Part shown: piece by piece, positions 26,789-37,282 of the stretch | Position numbering within the stretch: the stretch's first letter is position 1 | How the letters are laid out: every line of letters starts with the position of its first letter | Source: Candidatus Latescibacterota bacterium | GTDB taxonomy: Bacteria; Latescibacterota; UBA2968 | Direction: 5' to 3' | Length of the DNA stretch: 64,000 nt | NCBI GenBank assembly: GCA_965205975.1 | Contig: OZ242195.1 | Span: 4,384,001-4,448,000 of the forward strand | The notes under the pieces: generated by a model | The model's input: the letters and a program-made list of their open reading frames with translations, nothing else | Told to the model about the DNA's origin: nothing | The model's database searches: none | Position numbers and translations under genes: made by a program

Positions 26789-28462
26789 ATGAAAATAAAA
26801 CGCCACAATTTTTTGCGCTCTGTCTGCACGCTGGCCCTCATTTTGGGCGCATCGCCCATCCAGGCACAGATAGATCACCAATTGCAACTCGGGCGCATTA
26901 CCAGCAATGACCGCGATAGCATCACTACTGCGGTTAGAGTTATTTCCAATGCAAAAGATGTCGCTTATTATGCCCTGATGGTTGCGCTTTTCAACGGTGA
27001 ACTCTATCTGAAGAATAACGATCTCGTCATTATCGGCGACATGCAAGAAGACGATTATGGCGATACCTTCGCCCCGCTCTACACCGCCTATCCCAAACGC
27101 CATCCCATTTTGGACGATGAGGGCAAGCCCCTCATTGCGTCGCTGATCGATCTCGAAGAGATTGATAGCAACCGCCGCATCCGCGCGCTTATTCAACCCT
27201 ATCTCACGCAGATGGAGATTTTTCATCCGGATCCCGGCAAGCGCCGCGTTGCTGTAGAAACGCTGGGGAATCGCGGTGATCTGGGCGCGGTTCCCACGCT
27301 GCGAGATGCTCTGGAGAAAGAGGCGGATAGCAGTATCCAAAGTCTGATCCGCGTTGCTCTGGGTAAGCTCGAACTCACACATCCCAGTCCCGAAGTTCGT
27401 CTCAATGCGGCTAAAGCGCTGGGTGAACTCAATAATACATTCGTCCTTTCTTTTTTGCGCGCGCGTGTTGAACCCGATGCCAATGGCAATATTGCCGAGT
27501 TGGATCCCGCGGTTCAGGACGAGATACGCGATGCAATTCAGGGTTTGGAGACATTTAACCAGATTATGGTGGTGATCCAGACCGCTTTTGTCGGTCTCAG
27601 TCTGGGGTCTATTTTGATTCTGATTGCGCTTGGTCTGGCGGTTATTTATGGGCAGATCGGTATTATCAATATGGCGCACGGCGAGTTTATGATGGTTGGG
27701 GCTTATTTTACGTTTGTTGTTCAGAATATTTGCATGATTGTCCTGCCCGCTGCCTATGTCGATCTGTTTTTTTTACTGTCTTTGCCGGTTGCATTTCTCG
27801 CGGCTGGCAGTATGGGTTTGCTTGTGGAGTCTGTAGTTATTCGCCGTCTTTACAATCGTCCGCTCGAGAGTTTGCTGGCTACATGGGGGATTGGTCTTAT
27901 TCTGGTGCAACTGGCGCGTACGATTTTTGGGGATCTCACGGCTGTCAAGCTGCCCCAGATTCTCAGTGGTGGTTTTGAATTGGCACCGCAGGTTATGTTG
28001 CCGTATAACCGGATCTTTATCATTGGTCTCACGGCTGTTATTCTGATTGGTCTGGTCGCGTTTTTCTTTAAGACCCGGTTTGGTCTCCGGTTGCGCGCGG
28101 TTACACAAAATCGCGAGATGAGTGCTTGTATGGGTATTCCTACCCGTCGCGTTGATGCGATTGCGTTTTTTATCGGTACGGGTATCGCAGGGATCGCGGG
28201 ATGGGCTATGACGCTTATTGGCAATGTCGTTCCGAATATGGGACAGACGTATATTGTCGATGCTTTTCTCGTGGTTGTCGTTGGCGGTGTTGGAAAAATT
28301 TTGGGAACTGTGGTGGCGGGTCTCGGTATTGGTGTTTCCAATAAGGTTATTGAACCCTTTGCCGAAGCCGTTTATGCCAAGGTTCTCATTTTGGGGCTTA
28401 TTATCCTCTTTTTACAGTTGCGTCCCACAGGCATCTTTCCCGCGAAGGGGAGAGATGAATAG
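26789..28462 (+). CDS. urtB: urea ABC transporter permease with N-terminal HEAT-like extension
   Basis: GLSLGSILILIALGLAVIYG, INMAHGEFMMVGAY, RPLESLLATWG, YIVDAFLVVV.GG. Confidence 0.93.
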   Translation: MKIKRHNFLRSVCTLALILGASPIQAQIDHQLQLGRITSNDRDSITTAVRVISNAKDVAYYALMVALFNGELYLKNNDLVIIGDMQEDDYGDTFAPLYTAYPKRHPILDDEGKPLIASLIDLEEIDSNRRIRALIQPYLTQMEIFHPDPGKRRVAVETLGNRGDLGAVPTLRDALEKEADSSIQSLIRVALGKLELTHPSPEVRLNAAKALGELNNTFVLSFLRARVEPDANGNIAELDPAVQDEIRDAIQGLETFNQIMVVIQTAFVGLSLGSILILIALGLAVIYGQIGIINMAHGEFMMVGAYFTFVVQNICMIVLPAAYVDLFFLLSLPVAFLAAGSMGLLVESVVIRRLYNRPLESLLATWGIGLILVQLARTIFGDLTAVKLPQILSGGFELAPQVMLPYNRIFIIGLTAVILIGLVAFFFKTRFGLRLRAVTQNREMSACMGIPTRRVDAIAFFIGTGIAGIAGWAMTLIGNVVPNMGQTYIVDAFLVVVVGGVGKILGTVVAGLGIGVSNKVIEPFAEAVYAKVLILGLIILFLQLRPTGIFPAKGRDE

Positions 28463-28474
28463 ACGAGATATTTT

Positions 28475-29569
28475 ATGAATTACTACCGTCCCATTATTGT
28501 ATTCCTCATTTTTGGTATTGCCGCGCCCGTGCTCAATGAGATGGGGTTGCTTTCTGATACGACGTTGAATCTCTGGGGTCGCTATTTTTGTTTTGCGATT
28601 GCCGCACTGGGGATTGATCTGATCTGGGGATATACGGGTATTCTGTCGCTGTGTCAGGCGTTCTTTTTTTGTTTGGGTGGGTATGCGATTGGCATGCACA
28701 TGCTGCTCAAGACGGGTACGCAAGGGGTTTATGGGAGTGCGTTGCCCGATTTTATGGTGTGGAATCGCGTGGAGCAATTGCCCATCTTTTGGGAGCCTTT
28801 TCACACTTTTACATTTGCGTTTATTCTGGCGCTTATGATTCCGGCGATTATTGCGCTTATTTTTGGGTTTCTCGCTTTTCGCAGCCGTCTCCAGGGGGTT
28901 TATTTTGCCATTATTACGCAGGCGCTTGCTCTGGGCGTCTGGCTCATTTTTTTGCGGAATGAAACCATGCTCGGCGGTACCAATGGTCTGACGGATTTTA
29001 AGACTTTGCTCGGTTTTGAATTGGCTGATTCGGCGAGTAAACGCGGTCTTTATATTATTGCTTTTGTCACGCTTTTTGCTTCTTATTTTTTGTGCCGTTT
29101 TATGGTAAAATCCAAGCTCGGGCGCGTGCTTATTGCGGTTCGCGATAGCGAGCATCGGTTGCGTTTTATCGGCTATCGCGTTGCCAGTTACAAAGTATTC
29201 GTGTTTGTGATGGCAAGTATGCTCGGTGCTCTGGGTGGATTGCTCTATGTGCCTCAGACCGGGATTATTACACCGGGTCGGATGGATGTGCAGGCTTCTA
29301 TTGAGATGGTGATATGGGTTGCTGTTGGCGGGCGGGGGACTCTGATCGGTCCTATTATCGGCGCAGTACTTGTCAATCTTTTGTACAGTTTTTTGACGGG
29401 TGCGTTCCCCGGTACCTGGCTCTATTTTTTGGGCTTTCTCTTTATTGGCGTTGTGCTCTTTTTTCCCGATGGTCTCATTGGTCTGAGGTCTAAGATAAAG
29501 ATAAGTAGTTTGAAGCGATTTTTTTCCATACGCACTCCTGCACCTGTAGCCGCTGAAAGTCAGGATTGA
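28475..29569 (+). CDS. urtC: urea ABC transporter permease
   Basis: DLIWGYTGILSL, ALPDFMVW, GVYFAIITQAL, SIEMVIWVAVGGRGTL. Confidence 0.93.
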   Translation: MNYYRPIIVFLIFGIAAPVLNEMGLLSDTTLNLWGRYFCFAIAALGIDLIWGYTGILSLCQAFFFCLGGYAIGMHMLLKTGTQGVYGSALPDFMVWNRVEQLPIFWEPFHTFTFAFILALMIPAIIALIFGFLAFRSRLQGVYFAIITQALALGVWLIFLRNETMLGGTNGLTDFKTLLGFELADSASKRGLYIIAFVTLFASYFLCRFMVKSKLGRVLIAVRDSEHRLRFIGYRVASYKVFVFVMASMLGALGGLLYVPQTGIITPGRMDVQASIEMVIWVAVGGRGTLIGPIIGAVLVNLLYSFLTGAFPGTWLYFLGFLFIGVVLFFPDGLIGLRSKIKISSLKRFFSIRTPAPVAAESQD

Positions 29570-29570
29570 T

Positions 29571-30323
29571 ATGATATTTGATCCGGTTCTGCTGACTGTT
29601 GAAAATCTGCGCGTGTCTTTTGATGGATTTGTCGCGCTCGATATAGACGAGTTTGTCCTGCACGACCGCGAATTGCGCGTTGTTATCGGTCCAAATGGTG
29701 CGGGTAAGACGACGTTTCTCGATGTTTTATGTGGCAAAACCAGACCCGATCGCGGCAGTGCGCGTTTTGAAAGGTTCGATCTCACCCAGATGAGCGAAGA
29801 TGCGATTGTCAAAGCGGGTGTTGGTCGGAAGTTTCAAACGCCGTCTGTTTTTACTTCTCTTACGGTGTACGAGAATCTGATGCTCGCGCTCAAAACCGAT
29901 CGCACGGTTCTTTTTTCACTTGTTTCGCGTCTGTCGGAGAAGAGTCGAGATCGCATCCAGGCTGTTGCAGAGCAGACGGGTCTGGCTGATCATCTGCATA
30001 CGGTTGCCGATGCTCTTTCGCACGGGCAAAAACAGTGGCTCGAGATTGCGATGGTCATTTTGCAAGATCCCGAGCTTTTTTTGATTGATGAACCCGCTGC
30101 TGGTATGACGGATGAAGAGACGGTTAAGACTGGGGAACTTCTCGAACGCTTGACGATGAATCACGCGATTATTGTTATTGAACACGATATGGAATTTGTG
30201 AGACAGATCGCCCGCACGGTTACTGTTCTCCACGAGGGCAAGGTGCTCGTTGAAGGACCGATGGATCAGGTGCAAAATGATCCCCGGGTTATTGAGTGTT
30301 ATTTGGGTAGTGCGCAACATTGA
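29571..30323 (+). CDS. urtD: urea ABC transporter ATP-binding protein
   Basis: GPNGAGKTT, GRKFQTPSVF, LSHGQKQWLEI. Confidence 0.93.
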   Translation: MIFDPVLLTVENLRVSFDGFVALDIDEFVLHDRELRVVIGPNGAGKTTFLDVLCGKTRPDRGSARFERFDLTQMSEDAIVKAGVGRKFQTPSVFTSLTVYENLMLALKTDRTVLFSLVSRLSEKSRDRIQAVAEQTGLADHLHTVADALSHGQKQWLEIAMVILQDPELFLIDEPAAGMTDEETVKTGELLERLTMNHAIIVIEHDMEFVRQIARTVTVLHEGKVLVEGPMDQVQNDPRVIECYLGSAQH

Positions 30324-31058
30324 ATGGATAGTATTTTAATGACGACGACCACAGACATCGCGCTTACCGTTCGAGGTCTGGATGTTTATTACGGTGAGAG
30401 CCAGATTTTGCGCGATATTGATATGGATATTCCCAGAGGGGCTATTGTGGCGATTATGGGGCGCAATGGGGTTGGGAAGACGACACTTATTAAGACGATT
30501 GTTGGTCTGTTGCGTCCTCGGCGAGGGAATATTCTGTTGAACGGAGAAAATATAACGGGGCAGACACCGGATTTGAGGGCGCGCGCGGGTTTGAGTTATG
30601 TGCCGCAGGGGCGAGAGATTTTTCCCAGGCTGACGGTGAATGAGAATTTGCAAATTGGTCTGGAGGCGCGCACAGATGGTCTTGTATCTCTGCCGGAGGA
30701 TCTGATTTACGATCTTTTTCCCGTGTTGGCCGATATGCAAGATCGTATGGGTGGAAATCTCAGTGGTGGGCAGCAACAGCAACTCGCCATTGCCCGTGCG
30801 CTCGTTGGCGATCCGGATATTCTCATTCTGGATGAACCTACAGAAGGCATTCAGCCTTCGATTATTCTCGATATAGAAAATGTGTTGATCCATCTGAAGG
30901 ACAAAGGGAATCTCACCATTATTCTGGTGGAGCAGTACTTTGATTTTGCCCGACAGATTGCCGATTATTTTTATTTGATGGATCGCGGGACCATTGCGTT
31001 GTGCGGTTCTGCGGATGAATTGTCGGATGAGAGTATTAAGCAGTATCTTACGTTTTAA
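30324..31058 (+). CDS. urtE: urea ABC transporter ATP-binding protein
   Basis: [46 protein letters not shown]; start may be 30339. Confidence 0.93.
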   Translation: MDSILMTTTTDIALTVRGLDVYYGESQILRDIDMDIPRGAIVAIMGRNGVGKTTLIKTIVGLLRPRRGNILLNGENITGQTPDLRARAGLSYVPQGREIFPRLTVNENLQIGLEARTDGLVSLPEDLIYDLFPVLADMQDRMGGNLSGGQQQQLAIARALVGDPDILILDEPTEGIQPSIILDIENVLIHLKDKGNLTIILVEQYFDFARQIADYFYLMDRGTIALCGSADELSDESIKQYLTF

Positions 31059-31071
31059 TCAGGGATTTTTC

Positions 31072-31836
31072 ATGTATTTATCGCCCAAAGAAATTGACAA
31101 ATTGATGCTTCACAACGCGGGTTTTCTCGCGCAGAAGCGGTATGCTCGGGGCTTGCGTCTCAATTACCCCGAAGCCGTGTCGCTTATCGCGGCACAGCTT
31201 CTCGAGTTTATCCGCGATGGCGAGTCCGTTGCCACGCTTATGGACAAGGGCAAGCAATTGCTCGGTACGGAAGATGTTTTGCCCGGTGTTCCGGATATGG
31301 TTCAGGAGGTGCAGGTGGAGGGTACGTTTCCCGATGGGACGAAGCTCGTCACGGTTCACCATCCCATCTGCCGCGCAGAAGGCGATTCTGAACTCGCGTT
31401 GTACGGTTCGGGGCTTACGCGCGTCCGCTCGTCTTGGTCGCCGGATAATACGGTTTCTGAAAGGCCGGGTACCGGGACTACGGCTGCCGATCCAATTACG
31501 CTCAATGCGGACCGGGAGACGATTTCTCTTTCTGTGACCAATACCGGAGATCGTCCGATACAGGTGGGTTCGCATTATACATTTTTTGAAGTTAATCCCG
31601 CGCTTTCGTTTGATCGCGAGAAAGCCTATGGCTTCCGTCTCGATATTCCGTCCGGTACTGCCGTGCGTTTTGAACCGGGTGAAAGCAGGACGGTTGATCT
31701 CGTGGCTATTGCCGGCAACCGCACGGTCTATGGGGGGAATGGGCTTATTTCGGGGCAGATTGATGAGAATAAGGCAGAGGCTTTGCAAAGGGCGAGGGAT
31801 GGTGGATTTAAGGGGAGTCCAAATGTCTCAGATTGA
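31072..31836 (+). CDS. ureAB: urease fused gamma/beta subunit
   Basis: Gamma part ([35 protein letters not shown]) fused to beta part ([29 protein letters not shown]). Confidence 0.95.
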   Translation: MYLSPKEIDKLMLHNAGFLAQKRYARGLRLNYPEAVSLIAAQLLEFIRDGESVATLMDKGKQLLGTEDVLPGVPDMVQEVQVEGTFPDGTKLVTVHHPICRAEGDSELALYGSGLTRVRSSWSPDNTVSERPGTGTTAADPITLNADRETISLSVTNTGDRPIQVGSHYTFFEVNPALSFDREKAYGFRLDIPSGTAVRFEPGESRTVDLVAIAGNRTVYGGNGLISGQIDENKAEALQRARDGGFKGSPNVSD

Positions 31837-33526
31837 TCGAATCGCTTATGCCAGTATGTACGGTCCCACTACGGGAGACCGCGTTCAGTTGGGCGATACC
31901 CATCTCGTCGTTGAGGTGGAAGATGATTATACGATTTACGGCGATGAATGCAAGTTTGGCGGGGGCAAGGTGCTGCGCGATGGTATGGGCCAGGCTACGG
32001 GTGTGTCGCAGGATAGGGCGCTGGATCTCGTTATTACCAATGCGCTTGTCGTTGATTATACAGGGATATACAAAGCGGATATTGGGATTAAAGACGGGCG
32101 TGTCGCCGGTATTGGCAAAGCGGGTAATCCCGATATTATGTCGGGTGTTGATCCCGATCTCATCGTGGGGGTTACTACCGAGGTTATCGCGGGTGAAGGT
32201 CATGTGCTCACTGCCGGTGCGCTCGATGTGCATGTCCATTTTATTTGTCCTCAGCAAGTTGAGGAGGCGATTGCTTCGGGTATTACGACTATGCTGGGTG
32301 GTGGTACGGGTCCGGCGACGGGGACCAATGCTACGACGTGTACACCGGGGGCGCACTATATTCGCATGATGCTGGAGTCGAGTGATGCTTTTCCCCTCAA
32401 TTTTGGTTTTTTGGGCAAGGGTAATTCTTCGCTTCCGCAGGGGCTTATTGAGCAGATTGAAGGGGGTGCATGCGGGCTTAAGCTCCACGAGGACTGGGGT
32501 ACGACGCCTGCAGCTATTGATTCCTGTCTTTCAGTTGCCGATGAATACGATGTTCAGGTGGCGATTCACACGGATACGCTCAATGAGTCGGGTTTTGTGG
32601 AGCAGAGTTGTGCGGCTTTTAAGGGGCGCACGATTCACACGTATCACACGGAGGGCGCGGGTGGGGGACATGCGCCGGATATTATGCGTCTTTGCGGTGA
32701 GGCGAATGTTTTGCCTTCATCTACGAATCCCACGCGGCCTTTTACGGCGAATACGATTGACGAGCATCTGGATATGCTTATGGTGTGTCATCATCTGGAT
32801 AAGAATATACCCGAGGATGTGGCTTTTGCCGAGAGCCGTATCCGGCAGGAGACGATTGCGGCAGAAGATATTTTGCACGATATGGGGGCGCTGTCGATTA
32901 TCGCGTCGGATAGTCAGGCGATGGGGCGCGTGGGGGAGGTTATTTGTCGCACTTGGCAGACTGCCCATAAGATGCGTGCGCAGCGGGGTGCATTGCGCGG
33001 TGGTCGGGGGAATGATAATGGGCGCGTGAAGCGGTATATTGCCAAGTACACGATTAATCCCGCGATGGCTCACGGTTTGAGCGATTATATCGGTTCGGTT
33101 GAGGTGGGCAAGCTCGCGGATCTGGTGCTCTGGAAGCCATCTTTTTTTGGTGCAAAACCCGAGATGGTGATTAAGGGGGGCATAATTGCGTATTCGCAGA
33201 TGGGCGATCCTAATGCTTCGATTCCCACGCCGCAACCCGTGTATCCGCGTCCTATGTTCGGCGCTTATGGCAATGCCGTGGGTTCTGCGTCGCTGGCTTT
33301 TGTCTCCCGTACTTCGCTGGATACTGTTGGGTCTTATGATCTGTCCAAAGGCGTTGTTGCAGTGTCCAATTGTCGGGATATTGGGAAGAAGGATATGAAG
33401 CTCAACGACTTTATTCCCGATATTCATATTGATCCGGAGACTTATAGCGTTACGGTCGATGGCGAGTTGCTCACCTGTGAGGCGGCAGAGAAACTGCCGC
33501 TGGCGCAGCTTTATAATTTGTTTTGA
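31823..33526 (+). CDS. ureC: urease alpha subunit
   Basis: [51 protein letters not shown] at 31823 after AAGGGGAG. Confidence 0.97.
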   Translation: MSQIDRIAYASMYGPTTGDRVQLGDTHLVVEVEDDYTIYGDECKFGGGKVLRDGMGQATGVSQDRALDLVITNALVVDYTGIYKADIGIKDGRVAGIGKAGNPDIMSGVDPDLIVGVTTEVIAGEGHVLTAGALDVHVHFICPQQVEEAIASGITTMLGGGTGPATGTNATTCTPGAHYIRMMLESSDAFPLNFGFLGKGNSSLPQGLIEQIEGGACGLKLHEDWGTTPAAIDSCLSVADEYDVQVAIHTDTLNESGFVEQSCAAFKGRTIHTYHTEGAGGGHAPDIMRLCGEANVLPSSTNPTRPFTANTIDEHLDMLMVCHHLDKNIPEDVAFAESRIRQETIAAEDILHDMGALSIIASDSQAMGRVGEVICRTWQTAHKMRAQRGALRGGRGNDNGRVKRYIAKYTINPAMAHGLSDYIGSVEVGKLADLVLWKPSFFGAKPEMVIKGGIIAYSQMGDPNASIPTPQPVYPRPMFGAYGNAVGSASLAFVSRTSLDTVGSYDLSKGVVAVSNCRDIGKKDMKLNDFIPDIHIDPETYSVTVDGELLTCEAAEKLPLAQLYNLF

Positions 33527-33546
33527 TGGATAAGGCTAAAAGTATC

Positions 33547-33631
33547 CGCAGATGAACGCAGATGAACGCAGATGAAAAGGGACTGGGGTTTGGTTGGGTG
33601 GTTGTCTCACGTTTTACGTCTTACGTCTCAC
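33547..33631 (+). repeat. short tandem repeats between ureC and ureF
   Basis: CGCAGATGAA x3 (33547-33576) and heptamers GTCTCAC/GTTTTAC/GTCTTAC/GTCTCAC (33604-33631). Confidence 0.75.
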
Positions 33632-33642
33632 CGCCTTTTATT

Positions 33643-34311
33643 ATGCTACTCGATCTTCTCACACTTGCTGATAGCAATTTCCCTACGGGTGGATACGCTT
33701 TTTCCAATGGGCTGGAGGCCACCAAACAAATGGGGTTGTTGCGTTCTTCCAATGATCTGGATGCGTATCTTCAAACGGTGATTCACGCGACGGCAAATGG
33801 TGAGGTTCCGTTTATTAATACGTGTTTTAAGGGTGATTTGATTCCCGCTAATTTGACGGATATGCTGCTCGCTTATGATGCGATGCTTACGGCACCGGCG
33901 ATTGCTCGGGGCAGTGAGGTGCAGGGGCGCAATTTGCTGCGTCTGATGCGCGATTTGTATTTTTCGGATGCGATGGCGCGGTTGCACAGGACGTTGCTTG
34001 CACAACCTGTGCCGGCTCATTATACGATTGTTTTTGGTGCGACGTTCCGGATTGCGGGTCTTAAACGCGGGCAGACGTGTCGGATTTTTATGTATCAGTT
34101 TTTGCGCGATCAGATCAGTGCGGCTGTGCGCCTGGGGCAGATTGGTCCTCTGGAGGCTGCGCGGTTGCAAAAACGCCATCACAAGACGGCGATTAGTGCT
34201 ATGACTTCTGTCGCGCAGGTAGATTATAAGTGTGCGACGCGCTGTGCACCCCAATGGGATATTGCACAGGGTATGCACGAGTATCTGTATTCGCGGTTGT
34301 TTCAGAGTTGA
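33643..34311 (+). CDS. ureF: urease accessory protein UreF
   Basis: LADSNFPTGGYAFSNGLE, SAAVRLGQIGP, HEYLYSRLFQS. Confidence 0.92.
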   Translation: MLLDLLTLADSNFPTGGYAFSNGLEATKQMGLLRSSNDLDAYLQTVIHATANGEVPFINTCFKGDLIPANLTDMLLAYDAMLTAPAIARGSEVQGRNLLRLMRDLYFSDAMARLHRTLLAQPVPAHYTIVFGATFRIAGLKRGQTCRIFMYQFLRDQISAAVRLGQIGPLEAARLQKRHHKTAISAMTSVAQVDYKCATRCAPQWDIAQGMHEYLYSRLFQS

Positions 34312-34338
34312 ATTAAAAGCAACCACCGATGAACACAT

Positions 34339-34362
34339 GTAGGGGCGAGGCATGCCTCGCCC
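34339..34362 (+). repeat. GTAG-type REP palindrome
   Basis: GTAGGGGCGAGGCATGCCTCGCCC. Confidence 0.7.
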
Positions 34363-34401
34363 GTCATTGCACCATGGTTCCAAGCTCTTAAAGGATTTGC
34401 T

Positions 34402-35121
34402 ATGCACGATCATCATCACGATCATTCTCACGAGCCTTTTGATTCTGCCGGTGACTTTGCCCTGCGCGAGTCGGTTCTTTGCGATCGCGATTTTTCACAG
34501 CGGGCGTTTACCGTGGGGGTTGGCGGTCCGGTGGGTACGGGGAAGACGGCGCTTGTTCGCGTGTTGTGCGAAGCCCTGCGCGATCGGTTTAGTCTCGGTG
34601 TGGTTACGAATGATATTTTTACGCGGGAGGATGCCGAGTTTCTTTTGCGTCACGAGGCGCTTGAGGCCGATCGCATTATTGGGGTTGAGACGGGGGGATG
34701 CCCGCATGCAGCTATTCGGGAGGATATTTCGCTGAATTTGAATGCGCTCGAGGATTTGATGATCCGCTTTGAGTGCGATATCGATTTGCTTTTTGTGGAG
34801 AGTGGCGGCGATAATCTGGCGGCGCATTTTAGCAAGGAGTTGGTCGATTACGCGATTTATGTGATTGATGTTTCTGCTGGGGACAAGATTCCCCGAAAAG
34901 GGGGTCCGGGGATTACGCAATCGGATTTGCTTGTTATTAATAAGACCGATCTCGCCGGTCTGGTTGGCGCGGACCTGGGGGTTATGGCGCGGGATGCAAA
35001 GAAGATGCGCGGCGATGGTCCCACGCTTTTTTCCTGTCTCAAACACGGGTCTGGTCTCGACGAGATTATTGCGCATGTTCTCCGAGCGCGCAGGTCTGTT
35101 TTGTCGCCTCAGGCGCGATGA
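34402..35121 (+). CDS. ureG: urease accessory GTPase UreG with His-rich N-terminus
   Basis: [42 protein letters not shown]. Confidence 0.96.
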   Translation: MHDHHHDHSHEPFDSAGDFALRESVLCDRDFSQRAFTVGVGGPVGTGKTALVRVLCEALRDRFSLGVVTNDIFTREDAEFLLRHEALEADRIIGVETGGCPHAAIREDISLNLNALEDLMIRFECDIDLLFVESGGDNLAAHFSKELVDYAIYVIDVSAGDKIPRKGGPGITQSDLLVINKTDLAGLVGADLGVMARDAKKMRGDGPTLFSCLKHGSGLDEIIAHVLRARRSVLSPQAR

Positions 35122-35951
35122 TGTCTTCCCTCCCCTCCCGAATTGAAGTGACTCGCAATGGTTCCCGTTCTGTTCTGACTGCCTGTCGCTCAGTCGCGCC
35201 TTTGAAGTTGCTCAATCCCGTCGCACAGGGCGATTATTGCGCTGTTGTGCTTTCCAGTTACGGGGGGGGTATGGTGGAGGGGGATGCGACGACGCTGTGT
35301 GTGCGCTGTGGCGAAGGGGCATCTCTTTATCTGGGTACTCAGGCGTTTACCAAAGTTTATAAGAGTCCTAATGGTGTTCCGTGTAAGCAGATAATTAGTG
35401 GTGAGGTCGAGGCCGGGAGCCTTGCCGTTGTTTTGCCCGATCCCGTTGTCCCTTATGCGCGAAGTGTTTTTGAGCAGGTGCAGACGTGGCATCTGGCGTC
35501 TAATTCGTGTCTGGTGCTTGCCGATGGTCATACGGCGGGGCGCATGGCTTTTGGGGAGCATTTTGCGTACTCGAGTTACCGATCAGATATTACCATTCAT
35601 ACGGCTGAACGCCCGGTTCTGGTAGAGCGCTATTATTCCGAGCCGGGGATGTTGTCGCCGGTACTTATGGGTGCTTTTGGGGCTTATGGTGTTGTTTTTA
35701 ATATTTTTATTGCGGGTAATTCCGCGCGTTTTAGCTGTTTGGTTGAAAGTCTTTCCCAAACGCTCGCTCCTTTGTTGAAACCTTCGCAGGATTCTCTTTT
35801 GCTTTCCTTTGCTTCCCCAAGATCCGATCTTTTTGTGATACGATCCCTCGCGCAAAATGTCGAGTGTCTTCTTCCTCTCTATACAGCCCTCCGCAATGCA
35901 ATTGCCCATCCCAATGTTCTCGGTGCAGATCCGCTGGCGCGAAAGTACTGA
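35118..35951 (+). CDS. ureD: urease accessory protein UreD
   Basis: [33 protein letters not shown]; position after ureG. Confidence 0.9.
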   Translation: MMSSLPSRIEVTRNGSRSVLTACRSVAPLKLLNPVAQGDYCAVVLSSYGGGMVEGDATTLCVRCGEGASLYLGTQAFTKVYKSPNGVPCKQIISGEVEAGSLAVVLPDPVVPYARSVFEQVQTWHLASNSCLVLADGHTAGRMAFGEHFAYSSYRSDITIHTAERPVLVERYYSEPGMLSPVLMGAFGAYGVVFNIFIAGNSARFSCLVESLSQTLAPLLKPSQDSLLLSFASPRSDLFVIRSLAQNVECLLPLYTALRNAIAHPNVLGADPLARKY

Positions 35952-35981
35952 AGCGGTCAGCGGTCAGCCCACCCATTCGTT

Positions 35982-36041
35982 GTCATCGCGGCGTGATCCC
36001 CGTATAAAAGCACTACGGGGCATGCTTGAGCCGCGATCCAG
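35982..36041 (+). repeat. GTCA...TCCAG palindromic element with nested hairpin
   Basis: GTCATCGCGGC...GCCGCGATCCAG enclosing a CCCCGTA-N9-TACGGGG hairpin. Confidence 0.7.
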
Positions 36042-36172
36042 AGGTTTTGCCTGTCATCCAGTCCCCAATTTCCAGTAGTACTTGATATTGCGAAAAAAAT
36101 GCGTTAGTTTGAGGTTAATACGCCTAAATATTTGCGTCATTTGTCTTGTTATTCTGGCAAAGGAGTGCGGTT

Positions 36173-37264
36173 ATGAAGATCACGAGCGTTGATTTGACCC
36201 CTGTTGCGTCGAGGCGCGAGACTGGACATTTATCTCGTCACGTTATTGTTCGCATTCACACTGATGAGGGATTGATCGGTCTGGGGGAGATGTCCGATGT
36301 GAACGACTGGGGTGTGATGTACAATCTCGATGATGTCAAGGGTGCGTACGAGTCGTTGCTCGTGGGAAGGGATCCGCTGGCGTGGCGTACGATTACCATT
36401 GCAGCGAGGTCCCGGTTGCGGATGGGTGGGGCGATTCGAGCGGGGTTTGAGATCGGTCTTTTCGATTTGGTCGGCAAGATCCAGGGGCAGTCGGTTGCGG
36501 GTGTGTTTGGGGGGGCGCTGCGGGATAAGTGGCGCGTGTGTTATCCGATTTTCAGGAATTATTCCAGGGAAGATGCCGAGGCGAATATCGCACGGGTCAA
36601 TCGCCGGATGAAGGAGGGTCAGGATCTATTTCGGCTGTATCACGGCGGCAATGTGGAGGCGGATGAGATATTTTTGGATGGGGTGAAGTCGTCCTGGGGC
36701 GATCAGTTCGTTTTGAAGTCGCTCGATTTTAGCGGCACGCACAAGTGGAAACGGGTGGTGCAGGCACTGGATGTTTTGCTGAGGTACTACAGGCCTTTTC
36801 ATCTGGAATCAGTCTCTGACCGGAGAGATCTGGAGGGCCAATACGAGGTGCGAAAGCGAATTGATCTGCCCATCAGTGAGCACGTCAGTTCACTGGATCA
36901 AGCCTATCAGTTTGCCCGGCACCGGTATGTCGATATTTTTAATATCAGTTTGTCGGGTGCGGGGGGATTTACAAATGCGCTGCATATCGCGCAGGTGGCC
37001 GATGCGGCTGGTCTGTCGTGTCTGGTGGGTACGACGCAGGAGTTGTCCATTGGCGTGGCGGCTCAGGCGACGTTTGGTTCTGTGGTGGAGAATCTCGATT
37101 ATCCGGGCGATCCAACAGGTGGGTTGCTGTACGAGAGCGATGTGGTTAAGGAGCGCATACAATACGAGAAGGGTTATGTGATTGTGCCGAAGGGTCCGGG
37201 GTTAGGGATGGAACTGGATGAGGAGAAGATTGCCGCGATTTCAGAGCCTTTGAGTTCTGTGTAG
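36173..37264 (+). CDS. mandelate racemase/muconate lactonizing enzyme family protein
   Basis: HTDEGLIGLGE, EIGLFDLVGK, PKGPGLGMELD; ATG at 36173 after AAGGAG. Confidence 0.85.
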   Translation: MKITSVDLTPVASRRETGHLSRHVIVRIHTDEGLIGLGEMSDVNDWGVMYNLDDVKGAYESLLVGRDPLAWRTITIAARSRLRMGGAIRAGFEIGLFDLVGKIQGQSVAGVFGGALRDKWRVCYPIFRNYSREDAEANIARVNRRMKEGQDLFRLYHGGNVEADEIFLDGVKSSWGDQFVLKSLDFSGTHKWKRVVQALDVLLRYYRPFHLESVSDRRDLEGQYEVRKRIDLPISEHVSSLDQAYQFARHRYVDIFNISLSGAGGFTNALHIAQVADAAGLSCLVGTTQELSIGVAAQATFGSVVENLDYPGDPTGGLLYESDVVKERIQYEKGYVIVPKGPGLGMELDEEKIAAISEPLSSV

Positions 37265-37282
37265 CTGTGAGAGGAGAACACG

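Noticed and set aside
31586..31822. N-terminal extension of UreC in the ORF track
   Set aside because: Overlaps the beta domain of ureAB in another frame; the real start is 31823 with an RBS.
26645..35976. Long minus-strand ORFs such as 28412..29812, 26645..27679 and 33646..34431
   Set aside because: Antisense shadows of the urt/ure genes with no family motifs.
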